Positions 36,308 to 49,332 are shown, counted from the stretch's first letter. The stretch: DNA of 64,000 nt from Macrostomum lignano (GCA_002269645.1 NIVC01000774.1:1-64000); one strand, 5' to 3'. Translations and numbers: made by a program. Notes: generated from the sequence alone by a model not told the origin.

Positions 36308-37150
36308 ATGACGCGGCACTCCCGCAACAACACATCGCACAGTGTGTACACTTACCACGAAAAGCGTCGCGACGCCCAGGCCTCAGAGTACGGCACTAAG
36401 GAGGTCCGAGTCGGTCGGGACAGCGTCAAGAAATTCGACTGCTGCTGCCTGACTAATCAGCCGTGCAAAGATCCGGTGGTGACGCCTCAGGGCTACCTAT
36501 ACGACCGCGAGGCCATCCTGCAGTACATGCTGCAGCAGAGGCAGGAGCTGGTTAAGCAGGCCAAAGCGCGCGAACGCCAGCTGGCGGCCGAGGCGGCGCG
36601 CCAGGCGCAGGAACAGAGCAAGCAAGAGCACGAGACTGAGGTTAGCAAATACCTGAGCGCTAATACCGTGGCCAGCAGTCCGGATAAGAAGAAATCCGGC
36701 AGCGCCGAGCAGCCGGTCACGGCCTCCAACTTTTGGATACCCTTGGCCACGCCGTCCTCTTCTTCGGCGTCGTCCTCATCGACGGCGGCAAAGCCGGCAC
36801 CGGCCCGACCGGACGACAAGGTCCGCTGTCCGATGTCTAAGAAGCCCCTGAGGCTGAAGGATCTGATTTCCATTCAATTTAAGCCCGCGCCCGGCGGCGG
36901 CTACCTGTGCGCCCTGACTGGCGATGTGTTGAACGATTCGACTCCGTTGTGCGTCATCCGGCCGTCCGGCTGCGTGGTCACCAAGGAGGCCGTCGACAAG
37001 CTGGTGCGGCCCGAGATGCGCGATCCGATCAGCGGGCGCGAGCTGACCCAGGCTGACATTGTGCAGCTGCAGAGGGGCGCTAGCGGCTTCGCTGGCAGCG
37101 GGCACAACCTGCTGTCTAAGCACACTGGCGTGGTTATGCATGTTGCTTGA
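36308..37150 (+). CDS. NOSIP: Nitric oxide synthase-interacting protein (U-box/RING-like), intronless, 280 aa
   Basis: MTRHSRNNT..VYTYHEKRRD..YGT..GRDSVKKFDCCCLTNQPCKDPVVTPQGYLYDREAILQY and the C-terminal CPMSKKPLRLKDLI..QRGASGFAGSG are characteristic of NOSIP. Confidence 0.97.
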   Translation: MTRHSRNNTSHSVYTYHEKRRDAQASEYGTKEVRVGRDSVKKFDCCCLTNQPCKDPVVTPQGYLYDREAILQYMLQQRQELVKQAKARERQLAAEAARQAQEQSKQEHETEVSKYLSANTVASSPDKKKSGSAEQPVTASNFWIPLATPSSSSASSSSTAAKPAPARPDDKVRCPMSKKPLRLKDLISIQFKPAPGGGYLCALTGDVLNDSTPLCVIRPSGCVVTKEAVDKLVRPEMRDPISGRELTQADIVQLQRGASGFAGSGHNLLSKHTGVVMHVA

Positions 37151-37261
37151 CTAATACTCTGCGCTTAACTGGCTTGCATTGTGGATTCTGGCTCCTCTCA
37201 TCCTTAATCTGGGACTTTGTGTTGTTTAATGTAATGCTAATCTAAGTCGGACTCTGAGAAT

Positions 37262-37372
37262 GATCCTAAGACCGACTCTAAGGCTGACCTATAGACTGAC
37301 TATAAGACTGACTTCAAGACTGACCTTTAGACTGACTCTATGACTGACTCTAAGGCTGACCCTAAGGCTGGG
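37262..37372. repeat. Short 12-bp degenerate repeat in the putative NOSIP 3' UTR
   Basis: Variants of (T)AAGACTGACTC occur in tandem. Confidence 0.8.
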
Positions 37373-37473
37373 TTACGAGTACTATCAGGATGGGTGTTGT
37401 TAAGGCAACCCAGAATTTCAATTAACTTGCGATTGTCAACAGTTTGTATATGAATGGTATTAATCTCTGTACA

Positions 37474-37479
37474 ATTAAA
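37474..37479 (+). terminator. Putative NOSIP polyadenylation signal (ATTAAA)
   Basis: ATTAAA lies 324 nt after the NOSIP stop and is followed by a T-rich tract at 37551-37564. Confidence 0.4.
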
Positions 37480-37651
37480 TTTTAAATACACTTGCAATTG
37501 ACGGCAAATCCCATTTACTAAACATTTTACTACGCAGTAAAATATAAAAATTTTTTTTTTATTTGGCATTGTGGCCACATTTGACTGCCTAGTAACTGTA
37601 ATTGCACACCTGTGCCAACCATTGTCAGTAAAACTGCCAACCAAACCGCAG

Positions 37652-38977
37652 GCGCTAACGGTATTCGGTCTGACTGCTCTGGAGTTGGCGCTGTGCTTAG
37701 CCGGCTGCCTCTGTCGGCTGGCTCTGCGCGCCTGGCTAACGCCGCAGTCCGTGCGTGCCTGGTCCAGCTCACCTGTGGAGTCCTGGACAGCCGTGCGCGA
37801 GTACCTGGCCCTCCGTCGGGCCGGCGTCGATCCGTACGACGGCAGCGCGTTGCACTTGCCGCCGCTGTCGCTCCGGCTGATGCTGGCCGCCGACAGTCTG
37901 CTTGGCGGCGGCGACGGCGACCGAGCCTGGCTGGTGCTGCTCGCCCTGGAGCTGGCCGGCTGTCTGGCGCTGAAACGGTTGCTGCGCGAATTCGGCGCTT
38001 ACACCCTGCGCCGACAGGCGGCCAACGTTGCCAGCTATTGCTCCGCCAGCGTCCCCATGCTGCTGTCCGGGGACAGCCTGCGCCGACTGCGGCTTCCCGT
38101 CATTGCCGCCTACTGGTTCAATCCCTACAGTCTGGTGGCCTCAGTTGCCGAGGCAACCACGCCGCTTAGTAACCTGGTTGTCCTGCTCTGCCTAGCCGAG
38201 CTGTGCCGCGGTCGGGTCGGCTTCGCCGCCGCCTTGTGCGCGGCCGCCGCCTATCACGGCCTGTACCCGCTGTGCCTGATTGTGCCCATCTGCCTGGCCG
38301 GCCCGGCCCGGCCCGCCCTGCTGGCCTTTGCTGGCACGCTGGCCTGCCTGCTGGCAACTTCCTACATGCTGACTGGCGGCAGCTGGGCCTACCTGCAGTC
38401 TGTGTACGCCTTTCACGCTCTGGCGCCGGATCACACGCCCGGCTTCAGCCTGTCCTGGTACCTATTCTGCGAGGCGTTCGATCATTTTCGCAGCCTATTC
38501 CAGGCTGTGTTCCAGGCCAATCTGGTGTGCGTACTGGCCCCGCTGGCTATCAGATTCCGCTCCGATCCCTGCTTCCTAGCCGTGATCTGCTGGGCCTACA
38601 CGGCTATATTCAAGCCCTACTGCTGCGTGTCTGAGCAGGCCCTGATAGCCTGTGTGTTCATCATGCACGCTCAGCTGCATGCTCACATGCGCCGAGCTCT
38701 GCTAGCTATCATACTACTAATAGTAGCATTTGTACTGGCGCCAATCATGCACCATCTGTGGCTGTATCCGGGCAGTGCAAATTCCAATTTCTACTTTGCC
38801 ATCTCGCTGTTGCACTGCACAGCTATGGCCCTGCTGCTGTATCTATTCTGCATTGCCTATTTGAAACGGGAATTCCTACTGCATCACGGGCCCCAGCCGT
38901 TGAAGTTTAGCGACGGCACCGAGGCTAAAATTGTGCTGCAGGCGCCAACAGTAAAACTGCTGTTTGTCAACAATTGA
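37652..38977 (+). CDS. PIGU: GPI transamidase subunit PIG-U; the coding exon lacks its own ATG and starts after the acceptor CCGCAG|GCG
   Basis: SSPVESW..GVDPYDGSALHLPPL, YWFNPYSL, PDHTPGFSLSWYLFCEAFDHFRSLF, FKPY, HHLWLYPGSANSNFYFAISL and DGTEAKIVL all match PIG-U. The ORF-track start at 37571 is GTG, the frame is closed by TAA at 37538, and the first in-frame ATG lies after conserved motifs. Confidence 0.93.
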   Translation, partial: ALTVFGLTALELALCLAGCLCRLALRAWLTPQSVRAWSSSPVESWTAVREYLALRRAGVDPYDGSALHLPPLSLRLMLAADSLLGGGDGDRAWLVLLALELAGCLALKRLLREFGAYTLRRQAANVASYCSASVPMLLSGDSLRRLRLPVIAAYWFNPYSLVASVAEATTPLSNLVVLLCLAELCRGRVGFAAALCAAAAYHGLYPLCLIVPICLAGPARPALLAFAGTLACLLATSYMLTGGSWAYLQSVYAFHALAPDHTPGFSLSWYLFCEAFDHFRSLFQAVFQANLVCVLAPLAIRFRSDPCFLAVICWAYTAIFKPYCCVSEQALIACVFIMHAQLHAHMRRALLAIILLIVAFVLAPIMHHLWLYPGSANSNFYFAISLLHCTAMALLLYLFCIAYLKREFLLHHGPQPLKFSDGTEAKIVLQAPTVKLLFVNN

Positions 38978-39269
38978 ATTCATTTTTCAGTCAAGTCTGC
39001 ACTGTTAGCTACTGTATCCAATTTGTAGCCAAATTCTTAGTTTCGCTGGAATGTCTGTTTCTCATGCTCTGTTACAACGCTAATTTCGTTTCTTGTTTAG
39101 TAATTTTCTCTCTACTGCTTATCCTGTGCATTCTTTTGTAGTGTCGCTTGAAAGCTGTCTGTCTGTCTGTCTTTATTTGTTATCTTTGCATTATTCTCTG
39201 TTTTATAGTAGCTGCCATATTCACTGTTCCATAATTGTTCCTCTTGGAAATGCCTTGTTACACTATTCA

Positions 39270-39275
39270 AATAAA
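39270..39275 (+). terminator. Putative PIGU polyadenylation signal (AATAAA)
   Basis: A canonical hexamer about 290 nt after the stop, with T-rich sequence downstream. Confidence 0.45.
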
Positions 39276-39349
39276 TATACAGCAACTAGTACAAGTTCAT
39301 GCCTTTCTTGCCTCTTTGTGTTGCTCTTTATTTTACTTTATAGGTTTCG

Positions 39350-40200
39350 CATCTAACCTTCCAGTCTCTCAGTTCTACATGCATCTAACCTTCCAGTCTC
39401 TCAGTTCTACATGCATCCAACCTTCCAGTCTCTCAGTTCTACATGCATCTAACCTTCCAGTCTCTCAGTTCTACATGCATCTAACCTTCCAGTCTCTCAG
39501 TTCTACATGCATCTAACCTTCCAGTCTGTCAGTTCTACATGCATCTAACCTTCCAGTCTGTCAGTTGTACATGCATCTAACCTTCCAGTCTCTCAGTTGT
39601 ACATGCACCTAACCTTCCAGTCTCTCAGTTGTACATGCACCTAACCTTCCAGTCTCTCAGTTCTACATGCATCTAACCTTCCAGTCTCTCAGTTCTACAT
39701 GCATCTAACCTTCCAGTCTGTCAGTTCTACATGCATCTAACCATCCAGTCTATCAGTTCTACATGCGTCTAACCATCCAGTCTGTCAGTTCTACATGCAT
39801 CTAACCATCCAGTCTCTCAGTTCTACATGCGTCTAACCATCCAGTCTCTCAGTTCTACATGCATCTAACCATCCAGTCTCTCAGTTCTACATTCATCTAA
39901 CCTTTCAGTCTCTCAGTTCTACATTCATCTAACCTTCCAGTCTCTCAGTTCTACATGCATCTAACCTTCCAGTCTGTCAGTTCTACATGCATCTAACCAT
40001 CCAGTCTATCAGTTCTACATGCGTCTAACCATCCAGTCTGTCAGTTCTACATGCATCTAACCATCCAGTCTATCAGTCATCCAGTCATCCAGTCTATGAT
40101 AGGGTCTATCAGTTCTACATGCATTTAACCTTCCAGTCTCTCAGTTGTACAGTCATCTAACCTAACCCTCCAGTTTCTCAGTTCTACATGCATCTAACCC
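39350..40200. repeat. 32-bp minisatellite (about 26 copies) between PIGU and FAAH2
   Basis: The unit is CATCTAACCTTCCAGTCTCTCAGTTCTACATG. Confidence 0.96.
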
Positions 40201-40274
40201 TCTAGTCATGCGATTAAAAGAAATCGCATGAAACTGTTTGCCAGTAGGTTAATCCGCTAATCCCCGCTGGTCTC

Positions 40275-42086
40275 ATGGCCAACCCATCTGCAGCCAGCCG
40301 CGACAGTCGCGTCGCTCTCAGCGACCGCCTGATTAGCATGGTGATGCGCGTTCTGCTTGGCACCATCCGCCCCCTGACCGGTATCTGCTTTGAAATTGTT
40401 TACCGACTGTTTGTGAAGCGTCGCCGAGTGCCGCCGCTGGAGAGCCCCCTGCTGGGCATGTCGGCCGTGGCCCTGGCTGACGCTATCAGGCGCCGCGAGG
40501 TCACCAGCGAGGCCGTGGTGCGCGCCTCCATTGATCGAATGCGTTTGGTCCATCCGATTATCAACGCCGTGGTGTGGGAGAGGTTAGCAATATCATATGC
40601 AATCTGATCTGTTATGAGCAGCTGGGCCAGGGCAGAAGTCTAAACGACGAAAAAACTGAAAGGGATTATCTGGGTCAAATAAATAAATGCCTGCTAGACA
40701 CTGTTCAGGCAAGCTCAAGCATTGGATGCTAAGTTAAATATGAGTCAACTGTCACTTTGTCGGCAATCAGTTTGTTTGCAGTCAGTCTATCGGCAGTCTG
40801 TCTGTCTGCAGTCAGTCTATCTGCAGTCTGTCTCTGCAGTCAGTCTATCGGCAGTCTGGCTATTGGCAGTCTGTCTGTCTGCAGTCAGTCTATCGGCAGT
40901 CTGTCTCTGCAGTCAGTCTATCGGCAGTCTGGCTATTGGCAGTCTGTCTGTCTGCAGTCAGTCTATCGGCAGTCTGTCTGTCTGCAGTCAGTCTATCGGC
41001 AGTCTGTCTGTCTGCAGTCAGTCTATCTGCAGTCTGGCTATTGGCAGTCTGTCTGTCTGCAGTCAGTCTATCGGCAGTCTGTCTGCAGTCAGTCTATCGG
41101 CAGTCTGTCTGCAGTCAGTCTATCGGCAGTCTGTCTGTCTGCAGTCAGTCAGTCTATCGGCAGTCTGGCTATTGGCAGTCTGTCTGTCTGCAATCGGTCT
41201 ATTGGCAGTCTGTCTTCCTGCAGTCAGTCCCAACACTGGCGGCCAGGCCAGGCCCAAAACGGCAACTATGTCCCCTTTCTCCCAGAAAGTAGTTTAACAA
41301 TTATTACGTCATCATTTGTAAGAGCCGAATAGAACATGTATTCACGTATTTATTTCTGCAGGTACGAGGCGGCCCTGCAGGACGCCAGGCGAGTTGACGC
41401 TATGCTGGACTCCGACCCGGACAATCCCGAATGGAGCCGCGAGGCCAAGCCATTCCTGGGAGTGCCGGCCACCGTGAAGGAGGCCTTCGGCTTGGTTGGT
41501 GGCACCCAGTCTGTTGGCCTGTGGCTGCGCACCAGCGTGCGCTCAGAGCGGGACGCCGTCTGCGTTGAACGAATGAAATCGGCCGGCTGCATCCCGCTGT
41601 GCCTCACCAACGTCAGCGAGCTGTGCATGTGGTGGGAGTCGCACAATCGGGTCAACGGCATCACTGGGAATCCCTACGATAGTAGGCGAATCGCCGGCGG
41701 CAGCAGCGGCGGCGAGGGCGCCAATGTGGGCGCCGGCTGCGCCCCGGTCGGCCTCGGCTCCGACATCGGCGGCAGCATCCGCATGCCGGCCTTCTTTAAC
41801 GGCGTATTCGGCCACAAGGCCACCGCCTACATGATCCCCAACGCGGGACAGTACCCCGATGCCATAGCCGAGGGCCGCTACTTCATGCTTAGCGGCCCGA
41901 TTGTAAGCCACGCCGAGGACCTGCTGCCCATGGTGCGCCTCATGGCCGGGCCCGAGAACTCCGCCCGGCTGCTCATCCGGCCGTCCGATCCCAGGCCGGA
42001 CGTGAAACGGCTCAAGATCTACTATATGGAAGGTGAGCAGGTGGCATCTGTGTCTGTCTGTCTGTTTGTCTGTCTGTCTCTGTTTT

Positions 42087-42169
<83 letters not shown>

Positions 42170-42176
42170 CTGTTTT

Positions 42177-42211
<35 letters not shown>

Positions 42212-42458
42212 TAGTGTCTCAGTGTCTGTCTGTCTGTCTGTCTGTTTGCCTATCTCTCTGTGTGTCTTCTGCCTGTCTGTCTGTCTGTTTTTGTCTGTCT
42301 CTGTCTCTTTGTCTGTTTCTGTCTCTGTCTCTTTGTCTGTCTGTCTGTCTCTTTCTCTTTGTTTCTGTCTGTCTGTCTCTGTCTCTTTGTTTCTGTCTCT
42401 TTGTTTCTGTCTGTCTGTCTGTCAACTGTTTGTCTTTGTTTTGTTTATCGATTAGTTC

Positions 42459-42489
<31 letters not shown>

Positions 42490-43162
42490 TACAAGCATTT
42501 TGCCCGTTTTTTGCTCTGTAACTCAACTGTATTGCACAAACTGGCATTCCAGTGATTCCAGTTGGATTCCAGTGTAGCAGGGCAAATTTCCCAGTGCATG
42601 ACTGACAATCTCTGGATAGTGAATTAAGTCGCGTTCTTAAACATATCCCAATCCCTTTGCTGACTCGGTAGGGTAAATTTAAGAAAACTTAAGTGCGTTT
42701 TAACGCAGAATTTACACGTTTGCCGGAACAGACATACTTGAACAGCATTTTGACCTTCTATTCTTCCTTGTTGGAGATCTGACGCTTTTTGCTACCAGAT
42801 TTTCCAGTTTGTCAGCCCTGCGTGTACGAGGAGATTTTAGTTTTAAATAATATTGAGATATGAATGATTCAAGTTTTATGTGCCTGCGGCTTTCCATTCC
42901 GGCTCTGTTAGTTCATTAGTTCGTTAGTTTTAGTTAGTTAGCTAGTTAGCTAGTTAGTTAGCTATTTAGTTAGTTAGTTTCTTAGCGAGTTAGTTAGCTA
43001 GTTATTTAGTTAGCTAGTTAGTTAGTTAGTTAGTTAGCTATTTAGTTAGTTAGCTAGTTAGCTAGTTAGTTAGCTATTTAGTTAGTTAGTCAGTTAGTTT
43101 CTTAGCTAGTTAGTTAGTTAGTTAGTTAGCTATTTAGTTAGTTAGTCAGTTAGTTTCTTAGC

Positions 43163-43225
<63 letters not shown>

Positions 43226-44549
43226 CTTGTTAGTTTGTTTGTTTGTTTCTTAGCCATTTAGTTAGTTATTTAGTTAGTTAGCTAGTTAGTTAGCTTGTTA
43301 GTTAGTTAGTTAGTTAGCTAGTTAGTTATTTTCTTAGCTAGTTAGTTAGATATTTAGTTAATTAGTTAGCTAGTTAGTTAGTTTCTTAGTTAGTTAGTTA
43401 GATAGTTAGTTAGTCACTTAGTTAGCTAGTTAGTTAGTTAGCTAGTTAGTTAGTTTCTTAGTTAGTTAGTTTCTTAGCTAGTTAGTTAGCTATTTAGTTA
43501 GTTAGTTAGCTAGTTAGTTAGCTTGTTAGTTAGTTAGTTAGTTAGTTAGTCAGTTAGTTTCTTAGCTAGTTAGTTAGATATTTAGTTAGTCAGTTAGTTA
43601 GCTAGTTAGTTAGTTTCTTAGTTAGTTAGTTTCGTAGCTAGTTAGTTAGCTAGTTAGTTACGTCAGCTTCAGACACTGCCGCGCGTTTAGGCGACAAGCG
43701 ACCCGCAAACAGTGGGGAGACAAGCAGTTATGCCCAATTTCCTGAACCCTAAGCACTCACCCGATCACGTATGCCAGGCAGTAACCTCCCAGATTCAGAC
43801 AGTACTTATACAGTGTATCAGAGTTGGTCTGTATAGGCGTTGATTGAGCTCAAAATTTACAGTCAAGGCAGGCCCTGTTGCCTCTCACAAAACAATATAG
43901 TTGCATTGAATTTGCAGACAGCGGCGACTCAATCTGGTGCTCTCCAGTTGAGCCTCGCATTCGCGAATGCATCCGCCAGGCGGCCGAGCACCTCAGAGCT
44001 GACCTCGGCCTGCCTGTACAGAAAGTGCAGCTGCGCAAACTGCGCCTATCGCCTCATCTGTGGTCAAGTAAAATGAAACTATCTGGCGAAGAGAGATTCG
44101 CTGTTCAAATGGGCGGCGGAGTCAAGCTGAACTGTTACCTGGAGCTGATCAAGTGGTGCCTATTGCGCTCGCATCACACCTTGCCAGCTATTGGGCTTGG
44201 CCTGTTCGAGCAGTTTGGCTCCGAGAATCTTGATAGGCGTCTGGCGGCCATCTGCGACCAGTTGAAGGCCGAGATGGAGGAGCTGCTGGGCGACGACGGC
44301 GTGCTCCTGTACCCGGCTCACCCCACCTCGGCTCCCTACCATCACCAGCCGCTGACTCTGCTGTTTAACTTTGCCTACACTGGCATCTTCAATGTGCTGG
44401 GCCTGCCAGCTACTAGCATCCCGATGGGCCTGGATCACAAAGGCATGCCAATTGGCCTGCAGGCTGTGGCCAATATGCACAATGATCGGTACACTCTGCT
44501 GCTGGCCGAACTGCTTGAGAACAAGTTCGGCGGCTGGGTTCGACCGTGA
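40275..44549 (+). CDS. FAAH2: Fatty-acid amide hydrolase 2-like amidase; exons 40275-40582, 41362-42032 and 43918-44549, about 536 aa
   Basis: Amidase signature [19 protein letters not shown] and [11 protein letters not shown] (Ser-cisSer-Lys triad), plus the C-terminal [24 protein letters not shown]. The splice phases (2, then 1) join in frame. Confidence 0.93.
40760..41230. repeat. About 30-bp CAGT/GTCT-based minisatellite in FAAH2 intron 1
   Basis: Variants of GTCTGTCTGCAGTCAGTCTATCGGCA. Confidence 0.92.
42050..43670. repeat. Compound microsatellites in FAAH2 intron 2: (TGTC)n 42050-42430, (AAT)n 42463-42490 and (TAGT)n 42910-43660
   Basis: Direct inspection. Confidence 0.95.
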
Positions 44550-44820
44550 TGATTTGTGGCGCTGGGGCTTTAACTTTTTTTATTTTAATATTGCGTGTTT
44601 CCCAGCCTAGAAGCTGGCAATTTAGAGAATGGTGATAGAGTCAAGCATTGAACGCTAAAAGCGTGCTTAAATGGCTCGTGATCGCTTATTGGCTGGAGTC
44701 ATTTAATGCACGAGAAATATATCGTGTTACAATACTACTCAATACTTGGTTTTGAGTGCTTAAATGGCTAGGTCACGAGTGCGCGAAGCACAATCCTATA
44801 TTGAAGACTTGCTTTTCATA

Positions 44821-45611
44821 GTCTATGGCCCAAAACGGGGGTCTGTGGAGCAACCAATTTGAGAGTTTTGGCGCTCAATTACTCCTAATCCTTTCCAAAG
44901 TATTAATCGATAGAAATCCTGGGTGTCTCAAAGCAGAGCTGGAGCTTTGTCTAATCGACTCTGTGATTGTCTATGGTCCAAGGCTGGCACAACTGTGGGG
45001 AAAAAGATTTTCAAATTGAACTCAAAGTCTAAAACTGGTTGCTCCATTTGTATCCACCTTTTGGATCATAGACAATGAAAAGCAGGTCTTCGAATAGATT
45101 GATTCTCCCAGTGAGGCCCAGTGACTGTCTATGGCCAAAAGGCTATTGATTTAAAAGGGACTGTCTATGGCCAAAAGGCGATTGATTTAAAAGGGACTGT
45201 CTATGGCCAAAAGGCTATTGATTTAAAAGGGACTGTCTATGACCAAAAGGCTATTGATTTAAAAGGGACTGTCTGTGGCCAAAAGGCTATTCATTTAAAA
45301 GGGACTGTCTATGGCCAAAAGGCTATTGATTTAAAAGGGACTGTCTATGGCCAAAAGGCTATTGATTTAAAAGGGACTGTCTGTGGCCAAAAGGCTATTC
45401 ATTTAAAAGGGACTGTCTATGGCCAAAAGGCTATTGATTTAAAAGGGACTGTCTATGGCCAAAAGGCTATTGATTTAAAAGGGACTGTCTATGGCCAAAA
45501 GGCTATTGATTCGAAAGGGAAAGCCATCAGGCACTGAGACCTGTCTGTGGTAAATACTCGCCAGTTTACTAATGCTAACTATATAGAACGAAGGCAGGTT
45601 GGGCCATAGAC
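44821..45611. mobile_element. Putative non-autonomous DNA transposon with 13-bp inverted termini enclosing a 36-bp minisatellite
   Basis: GTCTATGGCCCAA (44821-44833) and TTGGGCCATAGAC (45599-45611) are exact reverse complements. About 11 copies of ACTGTCTATGGCCAAAAGGCTATTGATTTAAAAGGG lie at 45123-45520. Confidence 0.5.
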
Positions 45612-46583
45612 AACACAAAAATTCCTTACAAGCCGAGAGTCGGACATCCAAATTTGCAACTTACGGCCGCAGGGTTTTGTCAGAGACTGAAAGTCTGTAT
45701 CATTCCAAGAAAGCGACTTTGTATAATATAGCAAGCTTGGATGTCCAGCTCTGTGCTTGCATATTACATGTAGCTACCTGCTGGTGGACTCATTCTGTTA
45801 CTTCTGCTATTTTCAAAGCTAACAATAAGTGCTGATTCAAGTGTCGATTTTATAATAATTAGCTATCCAGTTTGGTTTCTATTCTTCTATACTATTTGCA
45901 AGATTTTCGCAGAGAGACACAATTATATATAGACAGAATTTTTTCTCTTTGCTTGAACTGATTTTTACTGCTTTCCTCCCTCCCTGCAAACCTGCGGACC
46001 ATAATTGTTGTTGTTGTGTGTGTGTGTGTGTGTGTGTGTCCTGTTAGTCTGTTTTATCCGCTTCGTTTTGCTCTCTTCGTCTTAGAATTTCACTCTGGAA
46101 AGCTCCTGTCTTTTTTATTTTTATTTTGTGTGTTGCTTTAAACTCAAATCTTAAGCTTTTTCAAATATTCATTATTCAGCACACACACAGTTTTGTTTTT
46201 CAACACACGATATGTTGTGCCATGCTTTGTTTTCTTAATAAGGTTTTAGTTGCTTTATTACTCGTATAGTTAGTACTCTTACTTACTATTTGCTTATTGC
46301 AATTATAATATTATTGCAATTAGTGACCGCAATTCATTCAAAGCGCCTTGTCGCTTTGAGTCTGCTAATTTTTTTCTAAATCCCACTTTGCTTTAACTGC
46401 CTATCAAGTAATAATTACGAGCTAATAAAATCTCTTTTCTGAAAAAGGCCTAATTGAGCCTAATTAAACGAACATGGCATCGGTACAATTCTCTGTTTTA
46501 ATTAAACATCAAGCGGGTCAAATGCGAACTGTTGGTTGCCTTTCATGTTGATTACAGTTTTTTTGCACAGAAAAATTCATTTT

Positions 46584-46790
46584 CTCCCAGATCCTCAGTT
46601 GCTGGGCCAGACTCCCAGATCCTCAGTTGCTGGGCCAGCCTCCCAGATCCTCAGTTACTGGACCAGACTCCCAGATCCTCAGCTCCTGGGCCAGACTCCC
46701 AGATTCTCAGTTGCTGGGACAGACTCCCAGATTCTCAGTTGCTGGGCCAGCCTCTTGGATTCTCAGTTGCTGGGTCATCCTCCCAGATCC
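46584..46790. repeat. 28-bp minisatellite upstream of ALKBH6
   Basis: The unit CTCCCAGATCCTCAGTTGCTGGGCCAGA occurs in about 7 copies. Confidence 0.9.
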
Positions 46791-46833
46791 TCAGGCATTG
46801 CCGCCACCCTTCCAGACCCTCAGAGTGGGCCAT

Positions 46834-46868
<35 letters not shown>

Positions 46869-46930
46869 AACTATTCAATACAATGCATTCATTTCAGGCA
46901 GTCATATATAAATACAGACAACAATAGAAA

Positions 46931-48621
<1,691 letters not shown>

Positions 48622-49187
48622 CCGTTTTCACCTTTTTATACTCAATATTTCAATAAAGTCGGTTGTAAAATGAGTGCATTTTTAACTAAGCTTAATTTAA
48701 GATTCTGTTTATAATCCTGGTTATCTCCTGATTGCAATCGTCTTTTATTTGATAATTAATAATAATAATGTTTGAATACGCCTGTCCTAATGGCCAGATG
48801 TGCAACCGACAGCTCAGCCGCAGCTATTGCGCGGTGCATCTGAAGGTTGCGTACGGCTGTTCAGTCCACGAACTGGGGGGTCGCCACACAGCCTCAATTA
48901 CCCCAGCTAATGCTGGCACCCATTTTACAGCTGGGTGAACTGAAGCAATGCAGAGTTGAGTGTCTTGATCATAGACACAAATTGTTCCGAGTGGGTCACG
49001 ATCGAGAATCTAGCCAAAGGCTACAACCCCCTTTACAGTGTTATATAAAATACGATTGCTTATTTAATCGTTAAAAAATTGTACTATTCTGAGCCGGGAA
49101 GTGTTGTCTGTGGTAATTTTTAACAAAAACTAGGATATTATATCATATAATCTCCTCGAAATCAGGAGCAATCGAATTTAATATATG

Positions 49188-49332
49188 ATAAACGCCGTTT
49201 AATTCATCATAGTCTATGGTTAGAATATCCTCGGCTACAATCAATGGTCCTCGGCTCGCTACGCTCGCCTCGAGACCATTAAACGCAGCCTCGGACATTC
49301 TAACCACAGAATGTGAATTAAACGGCGTTTAT
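49188..49332. mobile_element. 145-bp fold-back MITE-like palindrome
   Basis: A perfect 19-bp inverted repeat ATAAACGCCGTTTAATTCA / TGAATTAAACGGCGTTTAT, inner inverted TGGTTAGAAT / ATTCTAACCA, and a central GGCTCGCTACGCTCGCC. Confidence 0.7.

Noticed and set aside
37571-37651. ORF-track N-terminus of PIGU (GTG start)
   Set aside because: The first 27 codons do not resemble PIG-U and end at a good acceptor. They are treated as outron or intron, though GTG initiation is not formally excluded.
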